In this document: positions 1 to 9,500 of the stretch, in pieces
How the letters are laid out: every line of letters begins with the position of its first letter
How positions within the stretch are numbered: position 1 is the stretch's first letter
NCBI GenBank assembly: GCA_963575745.1
Contig: CAUYUJ010000001.1
Coordinates: 558,001-622,000 of the forward strand
Length of the DNA stretch: 64,000 nucleotides
Origin: Prorocentrum cordatum
Taxonomy: Eukaryota
Direction: 5' to 3'
Position numbers and translations under genes: made by a program
Notes under the pieces: model-generated
Seen by the model: only the letters and a program-made list of their open reading frames with translations
What the model was told of the DNA's origin: nothing
Databases searched by the model: none

Positions 1-909
1 AGGCCCCAGGAGGCAACAGGAAGCGCCAGGAGGCCTCGGAAGGCAACAGGAGGCCCCGAGAGGCCCCAGGAGCAGGAGGCCTCAGAAGGCAACAGGAGTG
101 GCTCCAATCCCATGTGTTTTACGTATGCTCCTATCGATTGGGCCTCACCTGGAGCACGATTCTTTGATGTTCTACGTATGTTTCTATAGATGGTCCTTCT
201 CCTGTGTACACAATCCTAAATGTTTTACTCATGTTCCTATGTATTGGGCCTCTCCTGGGGCACGAGTCCTTGGTGTTTTACGCGTGTTCCTATAGATTGC
301 CCTTCTCCTGTGGCTCTAATCCGCAATGTTTTATGTACGTCTGTTGCTATAGATTGCGCCTCTCCTGGGGCACGAAACCTTCCTAGGAGGTCCCAGGAGG
401 TCCCAAGAGGCTCCTGGAGACCCCAGGAAGCCCCAGTAGGTTTCAGGAGGCCCCAGGAGGCCCCAGGCTCATGCACAGAGACGCGCTCGTACTACTGAGG
501 CTCATTCACACTCCAATTCATTCGCAGTTAGATTGATGTCCAGACCGTCACAACTGAAGCCCGTTAATATTCGAAAGCTCTTGCGCCTAGACATTCACGG
601 CGGACAGGTCCATGCGAGTAGATGCACATATGGGGAGCTCCACGCAGTGAATAATTACTTGGACGCCTCCTACTCCTCCTCCTTCCTCCTCTTGCCCCCT
701 ACTCATACTCAGACTTACTCACACTCAGACATACTCATACACAGACTTACTCATACACAGACTTGCTCACACCCAGACGTACTCATACACAGACTCACTC
801 ATACCCAGACTTACTCATACACAGTATTAGTCATACTCAGACTTACTCATACCCAGACGTACACATACACAGAATCATACTCAGACTTACTCATACCCAG
901 CGGATTGTG

Positions 910-1400
910 AGGCGCTGGTTTCAGCACCCCTAAGGGGAGCCGCCAGGGGTGTTTGCACGGGCTCGTTCGCGGCCATTTTGTGGGGATGTCTCAGGCGGTT
1001 TGCTTGTTTCTGGGCCCAACATCCTTCGCTTTCGGAGCAGATTTGGAGGATGTCTCAGGCGGGGCGCTGGTTTCAGCACCCCTAAGGGGAGCCGCCAGGG
1101 GTGTTTGCACGGGCTCGTTCGCGGCCATTTTGTGGGGATGTCTCAGGCGGTTTGCTTGTTTCTGGGCCCAACATCCTTCGCTTTCGGAGCAGATTTGGAG
1201 GATGTCTCGAGCGAGGCGCTCATTTCAGCACCCCTAAGGGGAGCCGCCAGGGGTGGTTGCACGGGCTCGTTCGCGGCCATTTTGTGGGGATGTCTCAGGC
1301 GGTTTGCTTGTTTCTGGGCCCAACATCCTTCGCTTTCGGAGCAGATTTGGAGGATGTCTCGAGCGAGACGCTCATTTTCACCCCCCAGGTGGGCCAGATT
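910..1400. repeat. 152-bp subrepeat array in macrosatellite unit 1 (about 3 copies)
   Basis: TTTCAGCACCCCTAAGGGGAGCCGCCAGGGG recurs with period 152; the spurious ORFs start at 949, 1101 and 1253. Confidence 0.9.
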
Positions 1401-2469
1401 TTGAGGATGTCTCGATCGGTTTGCTTGTTTTGGTGGCCAGGCTCGTGGGCGCAGATTCTTCTCAGGATGCCACAGGAGGCTCCAACAGGCTCCAGGAGGC
1501 CCCAGGAGACCACATGAGGTCCCAGGAGGCATCAGGAGGCCACAGAAAGACTCAAGAGGCCACAGGATGTCCCAAGAGGCTCCAGGAGGCCCCAGGAAGC
1601 TCCAGAAGGCCTCAGGAAACCACAGGAGGCCCCAGGAGGCAACAGGAAACGCCAGGAGGCCTCGGAAGGCAACAGGAGGCCCCGAGAGGCCCCAGGAGCA
1701 GGAGGCCTCAGAAGGCAACAGGAGTGGCTCCAATCCCATGTGTTTTACGTATGCTCCTATCGATTGGGCCTCACCTGGAGCACGATTCTTTGATGTTCTA
1801 CGTATGTTTCTATAGATGGTCCTTCTCCTGTGTACACAATCCTAAATGTTTTACTCATGTTCCTATGTATTGGGCCTCTCCTGGGGCACGAGTCCTTGGT
1901 GTTTTACGCGTGTTCCTATAGATTGCCCTTCTCCTGTGGCTCTAATCCGCAATGTTTTATGTACGTCTGTTGCTTTCCTGGGGCACGAAACCTTCCTAGG
2001 AGGTCCCAGGAGGTCCCAAGAGGCTCCTGGAGACCCCAGGAAGCCCCAGTAGGTTTCAGGAGGCCCCAGGAGGCCCCAGGCTCATGCACAGAGACGCGCT
2101 CGTACTACTGAGGCTCATTCACACTCCAATTCATTCGCAGTTAGATTGATGTCCAGACCGTCACAACTGAAGCCCGTTAATATTCGAAAGCTCTTGCGCC
2201 TAGACATTCACGGCGGACAGGTCCATGCGAGTAGATGCACATATGGGGAGCTCCACGCAGTGAATAATTATTACTTGGACTCCTCCTACTCCTCCTCCTT
2301 TCTCCTCCTCTTTTCTCCTCCCCTCCTGTCGGACATACTCAGACTTGCTCACACACAGACTTACTCATACTCAGACTTACTCATACTCAGACCTACTCAT
2401 ACTCAGACTTACTCACACTCAGGCATACTCATATACAGACTTACTCATACACAGACTTACTCATACACA

Positions 2470-3135
2470 GATTTGGAGGATGTCTCGAGCGAGGCGCTCA
2501 TTTCAGCACCCCTAAGGGGAGCCGCCAGGGGTGGTTGCACGGGCTCGTTCGCGGCCATTTTGTGGGGATGTCTCAGGCGGTTTGCCTGTTTCTGGGCCCA
2601 ACATCCTTCGCTTTCGGAGCAGATTTGGAGGATGTCTCGAGCGAGGCGCTCATTTCAGCACCCCTAAGGGGAGCCGCCAGGGGTGGTTGCACGGGCTCGT
2701 TCGCGGCCATTTTGTGGGGATGTCTCAGGCGGTTTGCCTGTTTCTGGGCCCAACATCCTTCGCTTTCGGAGCAGATTTGGAGGATGTCTCGAGCGAGGCG
2801 CTCATTTCAGCACCCCTAAGGGGAGCCGCCAGGGGTGGTTGCACGGGCTCGTTCGCGGCCATTTTGTGGGGATGTCTCAGGCGGTTTGCTGCTTGTTTCT
2901 GGGCCCAACATCCTTCGCTTTCGGAGCAGATTTGGAGGATGTCTCGAGCGAGGCGCTCATTTCAGCACCCCTAAGGGGAGCCGCCAGGGGTGTTTGCACG
3001 GGCTCGTTCGCGGCCATTTTGTGGGGATGTCTCAGGCGGTTTGCTTGTTTCTGGGCCCAACATCCTTCGCTTTCGGAGCAGATTTGGAGGATGTCTCGAG
3101 CGAGGCGCTCATTTTCACCCCCCAGGTGGGCCAGA
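2470..3135. repeat. 152-bp subrepeat array in macrosatellite unit 2 (about 4 copies)
   Basis: Same unit; the spurious ORFs start at 2531, 2683, 2835 and 2990 (one 3-bp insertion). Confidence 0.9.
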
Positions 3136-4007
3136 TTTTGAGGATGTCTCGATCGGTTTGCTTGTTTTGGTGGCCAGGCTCGTGGGCGCAGATTCTTCTC
3201 AGGATGCCACAGGAGGCTCCAACAGGCTCCAGGAGGCCCCAGGAGACCACATGAGGTCCCAGGAGGCATCAGGAGGCCACAGAAAGACTCAAGAGGCCAC
3301 AGGATGTCCCAAGAGGCTCCAGGAGGCCCCAGGAAGCTCCAGAAGGCTTCAGGAAACCACAGGAGGCCCCAGGAGGCAACAGGAAGCGCCAGGAGGCCTC
3401 GGAAGGCAACAGGAGGCCCCGAGAGGCCCCAGGAGCAGGAGGCCTCAGAAGGCAACAGGAGTGGCTCCAATCCCATGTGTTTTACGTATGCTCCTATCGA
3501 TTGGGCCTCACCTGGAGCACGATTCTTTGATGTTCTACGTATGTTTCTATAGATGGTCCTTCTCCTGTGTACACAATCCTAAATGTTTTACTCATGTTCC
3601 TATGTATTGGGCCTCTCCTGGGGCACGAGTCCTTGGTGTTTTACGCGTGTTCCTATAGATTGCCCTTCTCCTGTGGCTCTAATCCGCAATGTTTTATGTA
3701 CGTCTGTTGCTATAGATTGCGCCTCTCCTGGGGCACGAAACCTTCCTAGGAGGTCCCAGGAGGTCCCAAGAGGCTCCTGGAGACCCCAGGAAGCCCCAGT
3801 AGGTTTCAGGAGGCCCCAGGAGGCCCCAGGCTCATGCACAGAGACGCGCTCGTACTACTGAGGCTCATTCACACTCCAATTCATTCGCAGTTAGATTGAT
3901 GTCCAGACCGTCACAACTGAAGCCCGTTAATATTCGAAAGCTCTTGCGCCTAGACATTCACGGCGGACAGGTCCATGCGAGTAGATGCACATATGGGGAA
4001 CTCCACG

Positions 4008-4039
<32 letters not shown>

Positions 4040-4051
4040 TTTTCTCTCTCT

Positions 4052-4134
4052 TGATTCTGACACCCTCCTCCGTGCACCCATTTTGGCTCAAGATGGAAAA
4101 GAGATATCTTGTCCATCGACATACTATCTCATCA
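4052..4134 (+). repeat. 5' LTR of copia-1 (83 bp)
   Basis: TGATTCTGAC...ATCTCATCA, identical to 11263-11345. Contains CCATTTTGGCTCAAG, the last 15 nt of DinoSL. Confidence 0.97.
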
Positions 4135-4146
4135 TGGTAGCGTGAG
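4135..4146 (+). promoter_or_regulatory. Primer-binding site, tRNA 3'-end type, initiator-Met-like
   Basis: TGGTAGCG directly follows the LTR. TGG complements CCA, and TGGTAGC matches the usual iMet-type PBS start. Confidence 0.8.
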
Positions 4147-4575
4147 CTGGCCACTCACTGCTGCCGACCCACCAGGGCCTCGGCGCGCCCGCGGGCGCCA
4201 CGGCGAGCTGGCAAGAGGCTCGAGGCTGGAAGAGGGCGGCATCGGCCGCACCGAGCTCGGCAGCGGCCGAGCAACCGGCAGGGGCCGGGAGGAGTCAACC
4301 GGCAGGGGCCGGGAAGAGTGGCCGCAGGCGCGGCAAGAGGAGCGACGAGGCGATCGAGACCAGGCGCAAGCAGCTCCAGTTCAAGCACGACTTGAGGGAG
4401 ACGGGCAACAAGCTTCACCACCTCGCGTACATCGAGGACCATCCGTCGGAGAACTCATCGGACGCTGTTGAGAGAACGCAGAAGGAAGTCCTAGGCCGGA
4501 TTACGGACCTCGAACGCACGAGGCAAGAGATAGCAGAGAGCCGGGAGGAGCTCGCCAAGAGACACGCTGTCAAAC

Positions 4576-6522
4576 ATGGACGAGCAGATTCGGCAGCAGT
4601 TCGAACTGCTGAGGCAGGAGTTCGCGGCTCAAATAGGTCAGGCAGCCGACGAGATGAGGAGGCTGGAGAACGAGAATCAGCGTCTTCAGCAGCAGGTGGC
4701 AGGAGGCCTCGCGGCAATCCCGCAGGCGATCGAGCGGATGGGCGAGCAGATCAGAGGCGCGACGAGCGCGGGTGGAGCCGTTCAAGGTCTCGTAGACACC
4801 AAGGGGATCGGCAAGCCCACGACGCTGGGCGACGACCAAGAGAAGTTCGGCGCTTGGAATCGCAAGATGGAGAACTACGTGATCGGCGTGTACGGAGAGA
4901 GTTTTCGCCCTGTTCTTCGGTGGGCAGCCGAAGCCGAACGCCCCGTGACGATAGAGGGAGCTCGGGCGGTGCACGACGGAGTTCCAGAGCTGGAGACCAA
5001 GGTCAACCAGCTGTACGCGGCGCTGATCAGCACGACGGCGGACGGCAGCGAGAGCAACGACCTCGTGACGGGCGCCCCCGACGGGAACGGTCTCGAAGCC
5101 TGGCGGAAGCTCCACCGCAGGTGGGATCCGACGACAGGCCCGAGGAAGAGGCTGATCCTGAGGTCGATCATCTCGCCTCCGAAGTGCAGCGCGGACGAGC
5201 TGGGGTCCGCCTTAGAGAAGTGGATCCAGCAGATAGGCAGGTACGAACGCCGCCAAGGAGAAGATGGTCTGGCCGAGCTGCCGGAGGATATCAAGATGGC
5301 GGCCCTCGAGATGCTCGTGCCTCAGGACATCGAGAACCACCTCGTACTCAACAAGCATCGGCTCGTAACGTTCCAGGACAGTCTGAACGAGGTAATGACG
5401 ATCGTAGAGGCTCGGACCGGCGTGAAGATCAAGGAGCCATCGATCCGTGCGCGGGCGCATCATCCGGACGACATGGACGTCGGATCGTTCGGAGCCCCGA
5501 AAGGCAAAGGCAAAGGCAAGGGCAAGGACGGCAAGAGCAAAGGGAAAGGCAAGACTCAGGAGCCGAAGGGGAAGAGCAAATCGACGAACGGATCATACTC
5601 AGGCTCCCGCACATCCCCGACGGGTTCGGGCCGTGGTTCAGGGCACACGGCACCTCGAAGCACCAGCGGGCGCTTCGACGGCTACTGTCGGAACTGCGAG
5701 AGATGGGGCCACAAGGCATCCGACTGCTGGAGGAAAGAGCAGGGATCGAGTACGAGGGCTGGAACTGGATCCGCAACGGGGGCAAGCGCTGGTGGTAAAG
5801 TCGGTAGCCGCGGCGGCAAGGCCGGCGGCAAGGCGGCAGGCAGCCTGGAGGAGGAGCCTGAAGCGGAGGTCGCCGCTCTGGACATGGGCAGCTTGGACTG
5901 CCTGGAGCTCGCCAGCGGCAGCGGCCGCGGCGTAGCGGCGGTCGACCTCTCCCCCTTCGCGCAGGACGACTGGATGAAGTTCAACTGGGACAGCGGTGCA
6001 GCTATCTCAGCATTCCCTCGGAGCTTCGCGCCGCCGACGGGGATGAAGGGCAACGGCAGCACGTATCGTACGGCCAGTGGTGAGCTCGTCCCGGACGAGG
6101 GCAGCTTGCAGCTCAAGGCGGAGGACGAGTACGGAGTGCTACGAGCGCTCAAGGGACGCGTGACGAACGTGCACAAGCCGTTGATCTCGGTGGGGCAGGC
6201 AGCAGGAGCTGGACAGTGTTCATTCCTGGGCCGCAATGGCGGCTGGATATTCCACGAGAAGAGCCCAATCGGCAAGCGCGTGGTAGGCATGCTCGAGAAG
6301 GAGGCGAAGGCGGCGAAGCACCAGATGCTGCCGGTCTATCGCGAGCAGGGCGTCTACAACTTCTACCTCAAGAAGGGCCAACATGGCTCGGTTGCTCCTC
6401 TCGAGGAGGGACTTTCGGCGAAGTCGAAGTCCGAGCTGGTGGAGCTCCTCAGCGGCAAGTCGAAGGAGGAGCTGCTGGAGATCCTCGAGAAGACAGTCCC
6501 CAGGAGGCAGCCCTCGGCGTAA
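4576..6522 (+). CDS. gag: Gag-protease of copia-1 (648 aa)
   Basis: N-terminal coiled coil; capsid-like GLEAWRKL; CCHC-type knuckle CRNCERWGHKASDC; aspartic protease WDSGAAIS. Confidence 0.92.
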   Translation: MDEQIRQQFELLRQEFAAQIGQAADEMRRLENENQRLQQQVAGGLAAIPQAIERMGEQIRGATSAGGAVQGLVDTKGIGKPTTLGDDQEKFGAWNRKMENYVIGVYGESFRPVLRWAAEAERPVTIEGARAVHDGVPELETKVNQLYAALISTTADGSESNDLVTGAPDGNGLEAWRKLHRRWDPTTGPRKRLILRSIISPPKCSADELGSALEKWIQQIGRYERRQGEDGLAELPEDIKMAALEMLVPQDIENHLVLNKHRLVTFQDSLNEVMTIVEARTGVKIKEPSIRARAHHPDDMDVGSFGAPKGKGKGKGKDGKSKGKGKTQEPKGKSKSTNGSYSGSRTSPTGSGRGSGHTAPRSTSGRFDGYCRNCERWGHKASDCWRKEQGSSTRAGTGSATGASAGGKVGSRGGKAGGKAAGSLEEEPEAEVAALDMGSLDCLELASGSGRGVAAVDLSPFAQDDWMKFNWDSGAAISAFPRSFAPPTGMKGNGSTYRTASGELVPDEGSLQLKAEDEYGVLRALKGRVTNVHKPLISVGQAAGAGQCSFLGRNGGWIFHEKSPIGKRVVGMLEKEAKAAKHQMLPVYREQGVYNFYLKKGQHGSVAPLEEGLSAKSKSELVELLSGKSKEELLEILEKTVPRRQPSA

Positions 6523-9500
6523 GTCCACTGGAAGACTCAATACCACGGCCCCCTGCGGCATTGGCTGCGGGGGCGGCAGCGGCGGGGTCGGGACCTTCTG
6601 ACGTGAGACCGCCGGGTTTTCAGCCAGCGGCAGCGGCCGCGGCCGACGCTTTGCCAGCTGCTCCTGATGGACAGCAGGCCGACGAGGGCGAGGAGGAGGC
6701 TCGCCCGAGGGTGCTGAAGGCACCTCATGAGCCCTCTCAGAGAGAGATCGCTGAACACGAGGCGATGGGACACGCGACTTATCGCAGCTGGTGTCGCGTG
6801 TGTATTGCGGCAAAGGGCCAAGGCCAGCCGCATCTCCGCGCACCGGAGGACGACGAGACGGCGGTGCCGGTGGTCTCGTCCGACTACGCCTTCATGGGCC
6901 AGGAAGACGCGGACACCATGCCGATGCTGGTCCTTAGGGATCGGCGCTCGAAGATGATGGCAGCGACATTCGTGGAGAAGAAGGGCGACGACGCCTACGC
7001 CATCAAATTCTTCGCACGCTTCTTACGGATCCTGGGCTACAGGAAGATCGTCAACAAGTCTGACGGCGAGCCAGCGATCCTGCTGGTCAAGAGGCGTGCG
7101 GTGGAGGAGGTTCCTGGCCTCGAGGCCATTCCCCAGGAATCGGCACCGGCAGATCATCAGGCCAATGGGGAGATCGAGGTCACGGTGCGCGAGATTAAGA
7201 AGCAGGTGCGGGCGCTCAAGATGGACCTGGAGTCCAAGCTGGGCGTCAAGGTGGAGGACAAGCACCCGGTGCTAGCGCACCTGCCGGAGCACGCCGCATC
7301 GGTGATCAACCGATACCGGCGCGGCCAGGATGGCAAGACCGCTCTTCAGCGGCTCACGGGACGGCAGTGGAGGAAGCCGGTCCCGCTCTTCGGTGAACGC
7401 CTGATGGTGCGGTTCGCCGGGGAGCGCGCGAGGAAGAACGCGCTGGAGGAGCAGATGGTGGAGGCTCGCTACATCGGCCACCACCCGCGCGACGGCTCGA
7501 TGATGGTCATCACGAGCGACGGTGCGAAGAAGGCGGTCGGCTTTCGCAGCCTGCCGCAGAGCGAGAAGTGGATCACGGCGGGCTGGGATGGCCTGAAGGG
7601 CCTGCCGTGGGACGTGGCTCCGCGTGCGGCAAGCGCGCCGCGGGCCATCGTCGGACCTGGAGAGGTCGGTCCGCCACCAATTGTGGTGGCGCCGCCGCAG
7701 CCGCAGGCGCCGAGGAGGATGTACGTCCTCAAGGCGGACATCGAGCGGCTGGGCGCAACGCCGGGATGCCCAGGGTGCGTCTCGATCGCCAAGCACGGCA
7801 AGGTGCTGGCTGGCCATGCGCACAACGCGGTGTGCAGCAAGAGAATCTTCGAAGCGCTGGACGCTGAGGAGGCAGGCCGGGAGAGGACCGGCCAGTATCG
7901 AGAGCGGAGGCAGGGCCAAGAGGCCAGAGTCCGACCAGCGGCAGCGGCCGCGGCAGGGACCCCTCCGCCGAAGACGGCTCGGAGGATCACCGAGCCGGTG
8001 GCAGCGGCGGCGGCGGCATCGGCCGCGCCGGCCGCGACCCGATCGGCAGCAGCGCCAGCCGCGGCAGCTGCAGCGGCGCGCATGCGAGAGAGCCAGCCGG
8101 TAGCATCGGGCTCCGGCGTGGCGGCTCCTTCAGGAAGAGCGAGCTCCAGTTCGGGAGCAGTGCGAGCGGCAGAGGCCGCCGAGGATGTCGACATGACCGC
8201 GACCAGGTCGCGGCTGAAGCGCTTGGCGGAGGTGGCACCGGATGACGTGCCGGAGGCCCTCGAGCGCGGTGATCCACAGCCGGCAGACGTGCCGGTACCG
8301 GTGGACATGGAGGATCTCGCGGCGCAGCCGGCGCCAGCGGAAGGACCTCAGCTGCCAGCTGGAGTGGCAGTCGTGTGGAACGCCAGTGAGGGGGGGCACA
8401 TGCGGGTGCTCGCCCTCGATGTGGCATCGATCGAGCTGGTTGAGCTCGGAGTGCTGACGAGAGCGAAGGCGGAGTTGCTCCCGCTCGTTCGCGAACAGGT
8501 CAGCGGCCATTGGGCCAGCGTCGGCGTGGACATCGCCGACGAAGAGGTGGACAGCATCGCCCTATCGGCGTTGCAGCTGGGCGCCGTGGACGTGGCCGAG
8601 GTGTACTCGCCACATCGGTTCTCGGCTCGGGCAGCGGAATTTCAGCTGCGCCCGGGCTTCGCGGCGGACCTAGAGGAACTCAAGGAGGACGGGACGCCGT
8701 GGGACTTGCGGCGCCCCGAGGATGTCAAGGAGCTCGAGAAGCAGCAGGAGCGGATGGATCCCATCCTGCTCACGGGGTCCCCTCCATGCGAGAGGTTCAG
8801 CTTGCTGAGGGGCCTGAGCGCCAGGTTCAGGACCGATGAGCAGGAGGCGGCTGAGATGGAGGAGGCCAGACACCACCTGAAGGTGGCGGTCGACGCCTAC
8901 TGGCGTCAGCTCAGGAAGCCAGGCAGGTACTTCCTGCATGAGCATCCCTGGAGCGCGCGATCGTGGAATGAGGACATCGTCAAGGAGCTGGTCGCGCATC
9001 CAGGAGTCTTCGCGGTCAAAGGCCCCATGTGTCGGTGGGGCATGAAGCTCGCGAACCCACGCAGTGGCCAGGAGGAGTTCGTGCGCAAGGAGACCGGATG
9101 GGTCACCAACCATCCAGGCTTAGCCCGGAGGCTGCAGGGCACTTGCAGCAATGTGGACGGACGCGCGGAGTGGCATCGCCACATCACACTCGTGGGCGGC
9201 ATCGCGCGGTTCGCGAAGGTCTATCCACCGAAGTTGGTGGAGGCGGTGCTGGAGGAGCTCAAGGACACGCTGAATGACGTGGGGGAGCTCAGCACCGCCC
9301 AGGTGCAGCAGTCGGGCCCAGTCCCTGTGGACGCGGCAGTGCCGCCCGGGGACTGGACGAGTTACTGGGACGACGTCAATGGCGGCTACCTGGAGGCGGG
9401 CCTTGTGGCCCAGGCTCGCGCGGTCGAGCGCGAGTGGGTCAAGAAGCAGGAGCTGATCGAGATCGTCCCGAGGTCTCAAGCTTTCGCCGAGACTGGGCGT

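Larger units (their letters stand above)
1..4008. repeat. Macrosatellite, about 1.63-1.74 kb unit, about 2.4 copies (first copy runs off the window)
   Basis: The anchor GTGGCTCCAATCCCATG recurs at 98, 1724 and 3461 (periods 1626 and 1737). Each unit has an AGGAGGCCCC low-complexity block, a conserved unique core, an ACTCATACTCAGACTT-type minisatellite and 152-bp subrepeats. Confidence 0.95.

Noticed and set aside
910..1400. 152-bp repeats as a CRISPR array, and their GCCATTTTG word as an SL relic
   Set aside because: There are no unique spacers or cas genes, and only 9 nt match the SL without the GCTCAAG end.
98..3861. Many 60-220 aa ORFs in the macrosatellite
   Set aside because: They recur with the repeat period in several frames and have no protein motifs; they are repeat artefacts.
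4392..5798. 468-aa ORF overlapping gag, and other shadow ORFs over copia-1
   Set aside because: Arg-rich alternative-frame or antisense products of GC-rich coding DNA.
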